A DNA stretch of 64,000 nt. Source: a virus. The position numbers were made by a program, and so were the translations under genes. The notes under the pieces were generated by a model. The model did no database searches. It saw only the letters and a list, made by a program, of their open reading frames with translations, and was not told where the DNA came from. The stretch is from IMG/VR virus record IMGVR_UViG_3300028361_000024, positions 3,829-67,828 of that record. The stretch is one strand, 5' to 3'. Numbering within the stretch: position 1 is the stretch's first letter; every line of letters starts with the position of its first letter. Shown here piece after piece: positions 9,561-19,568 of this stretch.

Positions 9561-9629
9561 TGCTACCTCTTTCGTCGTTATGTAGAGATACTAACACATA
9601 ATAAGACCCCGTGGGGCAAATCGTGTTAG

Positions 9630-10112
9630 TTACTTTTCATTATTCAATAATGCCCTAGGAATCCAACTTTGTCTAGCTAAAGCTAGTAGGGCGTGTCGGA
9701 TTGCGTCAAGTGCATGCCCCTCGCCACCTTTGTGCCATGTTTCAAGCTTTTTTAGTGCGGTGTTGGGGAACATGTTTTTTGCGTCCACGGGTGCCTGCAC
9801 CTTTACTTTCTCTAAGTCGTGCCCAGCTTCCCGACATAGCTGCTTAAGAACGCCAATTTGCTCTAACGAGTAGGGAGCTTGAGAATTACGCACAGTTTGT
9901 TGATTTATGGTAAACCTTTCGTAGGCAACCACAAAGACATCAAAACCCTCGGCTCCCTGCTTTAGACCAGCTCTAACTCGTTCGGCATAATCATCTGCGT
10001 CAACTTCATCGGACCACTCAAGGACAGGATTAACGTCATGGTCGCCGTTCCAACTGACAAAAGCGATTCCACTGGCTTTTCCAGGGTCTACTGACAAAAT
10101 CCCAATCTTCAT
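9630..10112 (-). CDS. RuvC-like Holliday junction resolvase (start at 10112)
   Basis: ILSVDPGKASG, YERF, HALDAIRH; TAATG coupling with polymerase stop. Confidence 0.75.
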   Translation of the reverse strand: MKIGILSVDPGKASGIAFVSWNGDHDVNPVLEWSDEVDADDYAERVRAGLKQGAEGFDVFVVAYERFTINQQTVRNSQAPYSLEQIGVLKQLCREAGHDLEKVKVQAPVDAKNMFPNTALKKLETWHKGGEGHALDAIRHALLALARQSWIPRALLNNEK

Positions 10113-12958
10113 TAGTACTTGGCCCCCCAGTTTTCTAAAGGACCGTCTACGTCTGCTGTTAGAGGCACTGACCAGCCTTCTGTTGTAGTCATACATTCCT
10201 TCACTATTTTTTTAATCTCCTCCGCGTTCTCGCGAGGAGCCTGAAGCACTATCTCGTCGTGCACAGGGACAATAAGATAGTCAGTCAAGTCTGCAGCATC
10301 CAACTTTACGAGGTTGGATTTAAACACCTCAGCTGCCCCGCCTTGCACAAGATAATTAACAAGTGTATAAGTTCGGTCATCATCACACGGCAGGCGTCTG
10401 CCAGTCCAGGTATGAACGTATCCCTGACCTTCATCGCGGTATCTCTTCTGCCCCACGTCATTGACCTGCTTTTGGAACATAGCCATACCTGGATAGTTAG
10501 CATCGAATGAGTCAGAGACAGCTTGCATATTTTCTTTTGGCACACCAGCAGTCAAAGCTTGCTTAGCCACTCCTGCTCCGTACAGGCGCCCGTAGACTGT
10601 ATTTCCCGTCAAAACTGGGATTTTCTCATCCTGACGCATGGTCCAGGTTCCTAACTCTGTTGTAACGCACCAGACGTAGTCATTGGTGACATACTTTAGC
10701 GACGCTCTTTGGTTAGTCATTGTCTCTTTTTGATGCTGGACAACAGTAATGGGGTTTTTCTGCCAATTAGTCGAACCTTCTACAGGTAGGTATGTATCTT
10801 GTTTGGAATACTTCCCTGTTAAGTAGCCCAGCGCCACAACAAGCTCTGTTACGGGGCTATCTGATGCCTGAACAATGGAAACATCAATTTTTGTTCTGGT
10901 TCTTCTTGCTGTCTTATTCTTGCCATCAGCTTCATCTAGCCCTCGAATCATTTTTTGGCGTGCTGTGAGCGTGAGACCAGAAGCAAGGTCCCAGGGAGTA
11001 AAGTTCTTCTTGTCGTGAATACCCGCCCTAGACAAAAGCTCTCTAGCGTAATCTGGGCAGATATTCCAAACATTTTGTTTAGTTTTCTTATTTATCCACC
11101 GTGTATGCGGAACATTGATAAGCACATTTTTAATTAAAGCAATACCAGTTTTTTTTGTTTGAAAAATCTTAACTTGACACCCGACACGGTCACCAAAAGA
11201 CTGAGAGGGACCACCAACATCCTGAGACCGCTTTATTGAACCGTCTCCAAGAATCCATCCAAGAAGGTACGCCTCTTTATCGCTAATATCCAAAGAACCG
11301 TCCTCTGCTGGAGCAGAAAGAATAATTCTATTCTCCCCCGTAAGGAACTCATTTGCGTAGATTATTTTTGGCTCAGCGGCTCTGCTGCCTCCACGTCCGT
11401 TGTCAGCGACCCAGCGGTGGTCCTCTGTGCATAGAAAACTTTTATGTGCGTTCGAAAGTCTGTAAATGTCTGCATCTTCGTAGACGTGGACACCGAGAAT
11501 TTTTGTCCACTTATTTTTGCCAGTAGCAAAGTCATAGCCGATTGTTTCATCGCTGTCTATAATCTCATTGTGATTCAGCCATCCACGTTTAGTTAAAATT
11601 TGAGAAGATAACGGGACGCATCCCTTAATTAAGTTACGCCTTTTATCGGACTTAATCATCGTTGGGTCTTGGTAAACCTGACGGCCAATCTCAGTAAAGG
11701 GGTCAGAGCCTTCCGCGTCTGCGCGGTTAAAAAGTTCAATAAGATTGGCGTCCCCAGACATTGATGCAAACATGCGAAATTCAACCTGGTCGAGGTCCGA
11801 CGTGATGATAACGTGGTCATCGTCTTTAGGGAGAAACGCACGTCGTACAACATTGTCGCCCTTAGGCAAAGTTTGCAAGGCAGGCTCTGTGATGGACATT
11901 CGTGAAGTTCTAGCAGCTAAGGTGTTAATTGAGGGATGCAGAAAACCGTTGGAGTTTTTCTCCATGAAATTTTTAAAGTAGGTGCTCGCAAGTTTGTCTG
12001 CTTTACGCTGTTTTAGTACAATCTCTGCCAAATTTTTTACCTCTGTGTTGCCCTCAATAGCAAGGCGTTTAATTTCGTCCTTGCTGGCAGATTTCTGTCC
12101 TGAAGGAGTAAAAGAGCTAATTTCAGCCCCGAGGTTTTCAAAGGTCCTGACTAGCTGAACGTTGCTTGTCATAGAAGAGTTGTATGTGTTGTAAAACCAG
12201 AGCCTCGTACGCTCTGTGTAGTCGACAAGTTCTTCGTATTTATCTTTGGAGTACTCAAGGTCGACACGAGCGCCATTGACCTCCATACGAGTTGCAATTT
12301 TTCGCACAGCCATTTCGAGCTCATAAGCTTTGTAGTAAGGACCGTCTGGTCCACACTTTTCGTAAAACATTTCCCACAGGCGGGTCGTGAGAACGGTGTC
12401 TAGCGCCCCATAGGCCCAGTAGGGCTCATATGTCACTGGCACTGTGCCCCAAGTCCATCCGTTCTTGAGCATCCCGATATCCAAGCCCTCTTGCAACTGA
12501 GCCGCGTGACGGTCTATGTGCTGCGCCGAAAGTGGTTTTAGTGCAGCAGACCCTAGAGGGTCAATGATGCGGGCCATAATCATTGTGTCGTGCGCACGCT
12601 CCCAAGGGATGTCCCACTCGGACTTAACGGCAAACCATTTGGCCTCAAAGGAAATGTTATGACAGATAATGGGGCCAGTAAATTGGCTCATCCCTTGATA
12701 AAAAACCCCTGCCCAAGTCTCCCAGGGGATGGACCAGCCCTGTAGCCCGTCTCCAACCTGAACTAAGCGAATACTCCCATGCCATGGGGAGAAGGCATCC
12801 TTTTTTCCCCCGCTAGGGAATTCGCCTGTTTCTATGTCGACAGCGACAGCGTTGTGAGGTCGTCGCTCACCTAGCCAGCGCAAAAAGCTTTCAGCTTTTT
12901 CTACACTGTCAACTAGGTGCAGCTGAACCTGGGAAAGGTCCGTCCTTTGATTCGTCAT
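10112..12958 (-). CDS. polA: Family A DNA polymerase (3'-5' exonuclease + polymerase) containing an intein
   Basis: VDIET exonuclease motif, DLDQVEFR motif A, motif B K..YG..YG split by intein, VHDE motif C. Confidence 0.95.
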   Translation of the reverse strand: MTNQRTDLSQVQLHLVDSVEKAESFLRWLGERRPHNAVAVDIETGEFPSGGKKDAFSPWHGSIRLVQVGDGLQGWSIPWETWAGVFYQGMSQFTGPIICHNISFEAKWFAVKSEWDIPWERAHDTMIMARIIDPLGSAALKPLSAQHIDRHAAQLQEGLDIGMLKNGWTWGTVPVTYEPYWAYGALDTVLTTRLWEMFYEKCGPDGPYYKAYELEMAVRKIATRMEVNGARVDLEYSKDKYEELVDYTERTRLWFYNTYNSSMTSNVQLVRTFENLGAEISSFTPSGQKSASKDEIKRLAIEGNTEVKNLAEIVLKQRKADKLASTYFKNFMEKNSNGFLHPSINTLAARTSRMSITEPALQTLPKGDNVVRRAFLPKDDDHVIITSDLDQVEFRMFASMSGDANLIELFNRADAEGSDPFTEIGRQVYQDPTMIKSDKRRNLIKGCVPLSSQILTKRGWLNHNEIIDSDETIGYDFATGKNKWTKILGVHVYEDADIYRLSNAHKSFLCTEDHRWVADNGRGGSRAAEPKIIYANEFLTGENRIILSAPAEDGSLDISDKEAYLLGWILGDGSIKRSQDVGGPSQSFGDRVGCQVKIFQTKKTGIALIKNVLINVPHTRWINKKTKQNVWNICPDYARELLSRAGIHDKKNFTPWDLASGLTLTARQKMIRGLDEADGKNKTARRTRTKIDVSIVQASDSPVTELVVALGYLTGKYSKQDTYLPVEGSTNWQKNPITVVQHQKETMTNQRASLKYVTNDYVWCVTTELGTWTMRQDEKIPVLTGNTVYGRLYGAGVAKQALTAGVPKENMQAVSDSFDANYPGMAMFQKQVNDVGQKRYRDEGQGYVHTWTGRRLPCDDDRTYTLVNYLVQGGAAEVFKSNLVKLDAADLTDYLIVPVHDEIVLQAPRENAEEIKKIVKECMTTTEGWSVPLTADVDGPLENWGAKY
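10601..11620 (-). mobile_element. 340-aa intein with LAGLIDADG homing endonuclease in PolA motif B
   Basis: Starts CVPLSSQILTKRGW, ends VWCVTT...VLTGN before Thr(+1). Endonuclease blocks LLGWILGDG and IRGLDEADG. Removal restores RNLIKG-TVYGRLYGAG. Confidence 0.92.
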
Positions 12959-12995
12959 TTTGTCCTTGTCATTTTATGTAGCTATTGTATCTTAT

Positions 12996-13469
12996 TTATG
13001 GAATCATTTCCACCCTGTAGATGCGGTCAATCTCTGGGTCCTTGCTTGCGGCCTGCTCTAGGAGTCTCTGGGCTACCTTTGTAAGGTATCTGGCACCGCC
13101 ATTGGGGTCAAACTTGTATAGCGCATCCAGTACTGGTTCGGGGTCGTCGCTAACCTGAGCCCATGTGCGGTCCTTCTCTGGGAACAACAGGGGCATGGTC
13201 TTGTCGGGCCTGCACTCTTCGCAGGGAGTGGCGTCTGGTTCCAGTTGACTTGATTCGGCTTCACTAAGTCCGTATCGCCTGACCAGCGCGCAAGTTGCCG
13301 CGTGGAACACGAGAGAAACGCCTATTCTTGAGAGAATATACGAACCGTTCTCAGTGCGATAAAGTTTGAACTCAATCCATCTAACAGAGTCGAATCTTTT
13401 GGAAGATGATTCTCCCAGAAGCTGGCCACTGAACTGTAGGGTTCTTGACCCGTCTTTTACTTCAAACAT
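12996..13469 (-). CDS. Hypothetical phage protein
   Basis: 157-aa ORF, LQFSGQLLGESSS...RWIEFKLYRT; coupled to upstream gene. Confidence 0.75.
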   Translation of the reverse strand: MFEVKDGSRTLQFSGQLLGESSSKRFDSVRWIEFKLYRTENGSYILSRIGVSLVFHAATCALVRRYGLSEAESSQLEPDATPCEECRPDKTMPLLFPEKDRTWAQVSDDPEPVLDALYKFDPNGGARYLTKVAQRLLEQAASKDPEIDRIYRVEMIP

Positions 13470-13831
13470 TACTCTGGCTCCTCTTCATCCTGAAAGTACA
13501 CGGACTCCCACCAGCGTAGAACTTCCTCTTTTGCCCACTCTATTTCTGCCCAACCGCCGTTAAAATGCCAGCCATCTGAAGAAGCGTCTTCGCCAAGTGC
13601 GATAGGAGATACCCCCTGAGAGATGTCTTTTATGTAGGACACAAGATTGTTTAAGTGTACGTAGACCTCTTGAGCGGTTAAGGAGTCTCGCTCCTCTGTG
13701 TTTCCAAAGTTTAAAATTACTTTTTGCTGTACACCGTCAGAGTCTGTAATTGTTTTTACCCAGCGTGGTCTGTCGGCCAACGAGGCACCGACCGCAGGTA
13801 TTCCTCCATCGTACTCAAAAAGATAGGTCAT
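13469..13831 (-). CDS. Hypothetical protein downstream of tail fibre
   Basis: 120-aa ORF, ATGA overlap. Confidence 0.7.
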   Translation of the reverse strand: MTYLFEYDGGIPAVGASLADRPRWVKTITDSDGVQQKVILNFGNTEERDSLTAQEVYVHLNNLVSYIKDISQGVSPIALGEDASSDGWHFNGGWAEIEWAKEEVLRWWESVYFQDEEEPE

Positions 13832-15198
13832 TTTTTGTCCTTAAGTTCTGTAACTTCTTCTTTAAGAGAGTCTATCTCAGTCTGTTGAACCTTGACCAGC
13901 TCTAGCACAAGCATTGACATAAGCCCATAGTCAAGATTTGCTGGTCTGCCTTCTTTGTCATAACCAATTGGCTCCGAGAATCCTAAATCAATTAACTCTT
14001 CAGCTAGGTAGCCGTGCATCCACTCTTTGTTGAGCTCTTGATGCGTCTTTCTCTCAGAGCGCTTGTATTGATATTTTTTTGGCTCTAGGTTGAGTAAATT
14101 TTTTATATCTGTTGGTGCATAGTTTTCGATGTTTTTCTTTAGCCTTTTAGTCGAAATGCTTGCGCTGTGTGAGTGTCGGTTTGCTCCACTTAGCGCTTGG
14201 CCAACATTTATTGAGTGGCTGTGATTGCCACGAGCAGCCTGCTGTGAACCAGTTCCCATATTGACACCTACAATTACAGTGCTTTGGGTTCTTTGGACGT
14301 TTACAGGAGAGGAAGAGCCAACTACACGGACAAAAAAGCCATCAGTTTGAAGTGGCCCTACAGCACCATTGGCAATTTTAACTGAAGTTACCGAAAATGC
14401 TGCAAGCTCGCTAGTGCTTACAGCTCCCGAAGAAATTTTGTTAGCAGTCACCGAATTGTCAGATATTTTTTGGTTTGTCACTGCGCCATTGCCCAGCTGA
14501 GTCGCACCGACCGCGCCGTTTATAATTTCGGAAGCTCCAACAGAGTTGGGAGCAATAGCAGACGCGGTTACTGAGTTCACCGCTAGTTTTGCTTCTGTAA
14601 CGGCACTATTTTGGAGCTCGTTGGTGCCGACAGACCCATCGATAATTTCGGAACTTCCCACTGAGTTGGCGCGGAGTTCTCCCGAACCAACAGAGTCATT
14701 CTGAAGTTCCCCTGAGCCAACAGAGTCGTTCGCAAGCTCGTCTTGACCTACGGCTCCGTCAACTATTTCTCCGCTATTGACAGAGTCGTTTTGCATCTCT
14801 CCTTGCCCAATAGCATCAAGCTGCATGTTCCCTTGGGCGATTGCGTCTTGGGCAACTGCTCTATTCTGCACAGCAGCATCTGCCAACTTGTTGGGGACAA
14901 TGGCAAAGTTTGCAACTTTCCCCGTGGAAATGGAGAGGTCAATGAGTTCGTTTGTGCCAACAGAGTTGTTTTGCATGTTTTGTAGTGCTATGGCGTCCGC
15001 TTGAAGTTGGTTATTGGCAATAGCACCTGGCGCAATTTGGTCGGTCGAGACAGCGTGGGGTTGAATAGTGGTTCTGGTGACAACTTGATTGGCAAGTCTA
15101 GTGGGGTTGCCTCGGGCCTGCAGATACTTAACTCTTCTCTGCAGGTCAGTAATGTTTCCTGTAAGGGAGCTTCTGCTTGCTCTTCTTCTAGTTGCCAC
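13828..15198 (-). CDS. Tail fibre with repeat shaft and C-terminal intramolecular chaperone (peptidase S74-like)
   Basis: ~10-aa repeats (NSVGSGELxx / GAVTxxKIxD), then STKRLKKNI...HGYLAEEL...LDYG and a coiled coil. Confidence 0.85.
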   Translation of the reverse strand: MATRRRASRSSLTGNITDLQRRVKYLQARGNPTRLANQVVTRTTIQPHAVSTDQIAPGAIANNQLQADAIALQNMQNNSVGTNELIDLSISTGKVANFAIVPNKLADAAVQNRAVAQDAIAQGNMQLDAIGQGEMQNDSVNSGEIVDGAVGQDELANDSVGSGELQNDSVGSGELRANSVGSSEIIDGSVGTNELQNSAVTEAKLAVNSVTASAIAPNSVGASEIINGAVGATQLGNGAVTNQKISDNSVTANKISSGAVSTSELAAFSVTSVKIANGAVGPLQTDGFFVRVVGSSSPVNVQRTQSTVIVGVNMGTGSQQAARGNHSHSINVGQALSGANRHSHSASISTKRLKKNIENYAPTDIKNLLNLEPKKYQYKRSERKTHQELNKEWMHGYLAEELIDLGFSEPIGYDKEGRPANLDYGLMSMLVLELVKVQQTEIDSLKEEVTELKDKK

Positions 15199-17185
15199 GT
15201 TGGTCTACCTTCCAGTCTGTCACTAATCTGAGCTGAACTTCTTCGGGGACTGGTACGCCGTCTGGTACCGTTACCGAAAAAGAATCGATTTTTCTAATAA
15301 GAATGTCATCGCGGGGTTCTTGGTCACTTGCCAGGCGTTGCCGTACAAACTCATCGTCAACAATTATCGAACACCACTGACCAGGAAAAAATGTCCCAAC
15401 CTGGGGGTAAAGGGAGCCGTTTACAGTTACGTTGTACACCCCTATTGGGGGCCTCGACTCAAAAAGGTAGTCTTGGGCATACGCATGGAGAGTTAGCTCA
15501 TCTTCAATCTCGTCTAGCTGCTCTGCCTGGTCAAGCAGAGGCCAGCTTCGGCCATCGGGATTATTAAGCATTATGCGGTCAGCAGCTCCCGCGTACGGTT
15601 GGCTGGCGTCGTCCGACAAGTCTTCGATGTTTCCAATCACAAAGAACCGAGTGGCGGAGTCCTCCGCGGACTCTTCGACAGTAAACGTAATAATATTGCC
15701 TGGGTACTCAAAAACTAATTTTTCTGCACCAAAGGCAGTAATCGGATAAATGTCTCCTTCTGGAGGAGCGTCCGCCACGTTTGCAGAGAAAAGTTTGAAA
15801 GTCCTACTGAATGTGGCAGTACTGAAATTGTAATCACAATCAATGCGGTATTCAAACCCGCCTTCCACAGTGTTTGAGTACTGCTCTAGAATCTCCCCAA
15901 TAGTTTTTTGCTCAAATCCTCTAAAAATCTGAGTATCTTGGAAAAAACCGCTCTTATCTAAGTTTTCAAAGTCAATCCCGATATCGGCATTAGCTGTGTA
16001 GCTTCCATAGTCCCCGTATATAACTTTAGAGCCAAATAGAGCAACTCCACCTGCTACACCTTCTGGGCCGACATTTAGGATTCCACCAGAGCTAAAACTA
16101 AAACTGTTTGCATTGGGGATGTTTATAATCGTAAAGCGCCCGTTGAATGTCGTATCTAAACGACCAGTAAAAAATGCGTCGACACCAGTTACGATAACCG
16201 TCTGTCCGATAAACGCCCCGTGGGACTCATCGAGGGTTAGGGTAGCTACGTTATTGAGTAGCTGCTTTGTCTCTACGTTTAAGATTCTAATACCAGGGAC
16301 TGAGGAAATGGGAATATCTGCTCCATCAAGTACAAACTTTATAGTGCGTTTATCGGGGACTGCAGTTACAGTCTGAAACCCATCTAGCTCGGAGTCAACT
16401 TCAACAATTTCCATTTCTTGCCCTGGCACAAGACTGTGGTCTTCACTTGTTCTCAGGGTGACCACACCAGCGGACCTCTGCTTAGAGATAATCGCTACTT
16501 GAAGCTCTTTTGCTGGCTTAATCACTTCGTTAGCAAAGTTTAGACCGCCCAGGTCGGTTGCCGCACGGAATATAAGGTCACGAGCAAAGTCGTAGGAATC
16601 TACTAAACTTCGAACGGCACCACTTGTGCTGACCCCGCCTCCATCTCCAAAAGTTGTTGCAAAGCTGAATTGCGTTGTGGAATTAATTTCAGTGACCGTC
16701 TGGGTGCCATCGACAATTGGGTTGGTAAACGAAATGGCAACTCTTTGCCCAACCGAGAACCCGTGCGGGAATTCAGTGGTCACAGTGCCAATACCCGAGG
16801 AAACAGCATATGAAGCAATACCTATAAAGTCTGAGCCGTATTGAATGGTCTGCCATATATTGCGATGGTAAAAGTAGCTCATAAATTCGCCAGCATTAAC
16901 GTCTAGGGTTCTGCTAGCAACATCGTAGGTACGTGACCATATAATTCCGCCCCAAACACAGACACCATTTCGCATTATGTACAGCCCCGTACGCCCAGGC
17001 ATAGTCGCCTCGTAGAGGTCTAGCCCCTTAGTCGCTTCAAGGAATGGAATCTGCCCAGTAAAAGCACCAGCTCTGCGGTTTGCTCTTTCGTAAGATACGC
17101 CCTTAAAGGGCACCTCAGAAATTACGTTATTGCTAAGCAAATCGGTCAAAAAGTACCGATACTGTACCTGCGTCTCAAGAGTCAT
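15188..17185 (-). CDS. Minor tail / baseplate hub (Tal-like) protein with 3 beta-domain inserts
   Basis: Follows Dit; VWGGIIWSR pattern; three TxxxHGxxxGQ repeats. Confidence 0.8.
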   Translation of the reverse strand: MTLETQVQYRYFLTDLLSNNVISEVPFKGVSYERANRRAGAFTGQIPFLEATKGLDLYEATMPGRTGLYIMRNGVCVWGGIIWSRTYDVASRTLDVNAGEFMSYFYHRNIWQTIQYGSDFIGIASYAVSSGIGTVTTEFPHGFSVGQRVAISFTNPIVDGTQTVTEINSTTQFSFATTFGDGGGVSTSGAVRSLVDSYDFARDLIFRAATDLGGLNFANEVIKPAKELQVAIISKQRSAGVVTLRTSEDHSLVPGQEMEIVEVDSELDGFQTVTAVPDKRTIKFVLDGADIPISSVPGIRILNVETKQLLNNVATLTLDESHGAFIGQTVIVTGVDAFFTGRLDTTFNGRFTIINIPNANSFSFSSGGILNVGPEGVAGGVALFGSKVIYGDYGSYTANADIGIDFENLDKSGFFQDTQIFRGFEQKTIGEILEQYSNTVEGGFEYRIDCDYNFSTATFSRTFKLFSANVADAPPEGDIYPITAFGAEKLVFEYPGNIITFTVEESAEDSATRFFVIGNIEDLSDDASQPYAGAADRIMLNNPDGRSWPLLDQAEQLDEIEDELTLHAYAQDYLFESRPPIGVYNVTVNGSLYPQVGTFFPGQWCSIIVDDEFVRQRLASDQEPRDDILIRKIDSFSVTVPDGVPVPEEVQLRLVTDWKVDQRGN

Positions 17186-17207
17186 TTAGTGTCCTTAAAG
17201 TGTTGCG

Positions 17208-19568
17208 TTAGCCAAGCCATCCAGAGCGATAGAACACACGCAAAGAAGAGATACCTTCTGGGTTACCTGTATCAATAAATTCTAACTCATTTGGGCCAGG
17301 AGCTAGTTGGATAAAGTCAGCCAGAACGTCAACTCGACCTCTTGCACCCTCTATCTCGCCATTAAACGCCACTTCGCGATTCTTGGTATCAATTTCGAGA
17401 ATGTCGGCTGAAACAATCGCAGTAGCTCCCGTTAGACCAGGAGTAAATTGCACATTCTGAGTTTGAATAACGTTTCCAGCGGCGGGGATTTCAGCAATAG
17501 TATCTGAGACAGTTGCGATTCCGCTTAATGCGCTCAGTGGGAGACTTCCGCCTACCTCAGCTTGCCCATCTGGCACAACTGCTTGAGAGCTAATAGACCC
17601 CACAAACTCGGCAAATACATCAGGAGTGGCTCCTGTCTGCTCATTTGCTGGGTACTCAATTGGCCCCGCATTAGCGGCAACTTTAGTGTACTCAAATACA
17701 TTTAAGAACGGGATTGCGGTAACTACGTACGTCCCATTGAAAGGCGCGCCTACACCAGTGATAGTGACGCTCTCCCCGAAGATTGCACCATGGCTGTCTC
17801 TTGTTGTCACAGTAACTACATTGCCAGCAAGCAAAATACTGGAAATTTTTCGGCTTCCAGCGCGAACTGTTCCGTTAGGTACGACAGTAGACACTTGGTC
17901 ACTTCCAGAATTAACGTAAGTAAAAGTTGTCGCACTGGGGAGACTTGTTATTGTGTGTGTGCCGTTGTATACGGTGGTTCCTACGTTGTCAACAACAACC
18001 TTTTCCCCAACAACAAACCCGTGAGGTTGCGAAGTTGTCAGAGTTGCTACGTTAGACGAGCGGGCTCGAACGGATACGGTTTTTTGCGTACTGCGAGTCC
18101 TTTTGTACTCAAACTGTGTGGCGGAGGGCGTGTCTGTGATTGTGTACCCACCATTTAGGGAAAGGTCTACCCCCGAAACGTTAACGGTTTCGCCGACAAC
18201 AAAACCGTGAGGGAGTGACGACGTCAAAGTTACAACGTCTGCAGCCATTGTCTTATTCACAATAGGCCTAGCATTGGTTCTAGTGGATGCGTAGCTAAAC
18301 GAGGTTGAGGACGGGATTGCGGTAATTTGAAAAGTCCCGTTGTAGTTAACTCCCGCCCCAGAGACAGTGACGTTCTCTCCCACAATAAATTGATGCACGT
18401 CTGATGTGCTAATTGTCGCGATGTTAGAAATAAGCGAAGCAGAGATAATGGTTCTTGGCGGTATACGAGTCTTCGCGTACTCCACTGAAGCAACAGTAGG
18501 GGTGGCTGTCACGGTGTGTACACCGTCAAATACAGAATCAACCCCAGCAACCACAATGGAGTCTCCTACAGACAGCTCGTGCGCTTCAGTTGTTTTAAGC
18601 GTTGCGACACTGTTCACAAGGGCCTTAAATGCGACAGAAGTGACATTTGCTGCATCTGTCTCATAGCTTAGGGTTGTGCTTGTTGGTACCGAAGTAATCA
18701 GGCTATCACCGTCAAACGGCGAGCCAGTGCCTGACACAAAAACGCTGTCTCCGAGAGCAAACCCATGAGACTCAGTGGTAGTCAAGGTTGCAATGTCTTT
18801 TAGAGTCGAAATGTCAAATGTCAGCTGTTTATTGACAACAGTTCGAGAGATTGGGCCTTTCAAGCCCTGAGTTAAGATAATAAGTTCTTCAGTTGTTTTG
18901 TTAAAAATAGTCCCTGGGCCAGCAAAGGGCCCTGAAATTTCTAAATAGCAGGGGACTGAGTAATTCCCAATGTTAACAACCACGCCCGTACCGTCAGAGC
19001 CTGTGGCGACATTTCTCACAGGGACCTCAGAAAGATTGTAGCCGTCGGGGCTTGCGTCATTCCATGCGTACTTAATTGGGTCTGCGGCCCGAAGACCAAT
19101 TTCAAAATTGGTTCTCCCTCGAAGGTTTCTAGTTTCAATAGAGACGTCGCCGTTTAGCGTGACATACGCTGCTCGGATGGGGTCATTCCCTGTTTTAAAC
19201 CACACGCCTCTTCGTGCCATGTTGGCGGTAGCAGCAATGAGCCTGTCTCTTGCGGCCTCAACAAGGGAGGGATTAGGGACAAGGAACGAGCCCCGAATAG
19301 AAAAAGACCTGGAGTTGTACCTTCCGCGCACTTCATAAGAGCCGTCTCCAAAGCCTCTAGCTATGTCTGGAACATCAGCTCTGGGCGACTCCCACCACCC
19401 TGGGATATCTGTGACTACCCAAACCACTCCTTGGGAGTCCATAGTGTTAAGAATGAAGTCTCCAAGTACGATGTTGGCTTCAAGTTTTAGACGACCGATG
19501 TCTGGGCTAAAAACCTCCTGCAGACCTCTGTCTACTGAAAAGTTCTCTTGTCCTTGTGTATAGACCAT
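17208..19568 (-). CDS. Distal tail (Dit-like) protein with 6 repeated beta domains
   Basis: Directly after tape measure; GWWESP...GDGSY, AADPIKY, QLAPGPNEL termini; six ATLTTxxxHGFxVGExV repeats. Confidence 0.82.
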   Translation of the reverse strand: MVYTQGQENFSVDRGLQEVFSPDIGRLKLEANIVLGDFILNTMDSQGVVWVVTDIPGWWESPRADVPDIARGFGDGSYEVRGRYNSRSFSIRGSFLVPNPSLVEAARDRLIAATANMARRGVWFKTGNDPIRAAYVTLNGDVSIETRNLRGRTNFEIGLRAADPIKYAWNDASPDGYNLSEVPVRNVATGSDGTGVVVNIGNYSVPCYLEISGPFAGPGTIFNKTTEELIILTQGLKGPISRTVVNKQLTFDISTLKDIATLTTTESHGFALGDSVFVSGTGSPFDGDSLITSVPTSTTLSYETDAANVTSVAFKALVNSVATLKTTEAHELSVGDSIVVAGVDSVFDGVHTVTATPTVASVEYAKTRIPPRTIISASLISNIATISTSDVHQFIVGENVTVSGAGVNYNGTFQITAIPSSTSFSYASTRTNARPIVNKTMAADVVTLTSSLPHGFVVGETVNVSGVDLSLNGGYTITDTPSATQFEYKRTRSTQKTVSVRARSSNVATLTTSQPHGFVVGEKVVVDNVGTTVYNGTHTITSLPSATTFTYVNSGSDQVSTVVPNGTVRAGSRKISSILLAGNVVTVTTRDSHGAIFGESVTITGVGAPFNGTYVVTAIPFLNVFEYTKVAANAGPIEYPANEQTGATPDVFAEFVGSISSQAVVPDGQAEVGGSLPLSALSGIATVSDTIAEIPAAGNVIQTQNVQFTPGLTGATAIVSADILEIDTKNREVAFNGEIEGARGRVDVLADFIQLAPGPNELEFIDTGNPEGISSLRVFYRSGWLG

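Noticed and set aside
14350-15060. 30-bp periodicity (CAACAGAGTC/GTT) as a DNA repeat element or DGR
   Set aside because: Explained by 10-aa tail-fibre repeats; no reverse transcriptase or template/variable repeat pair seen
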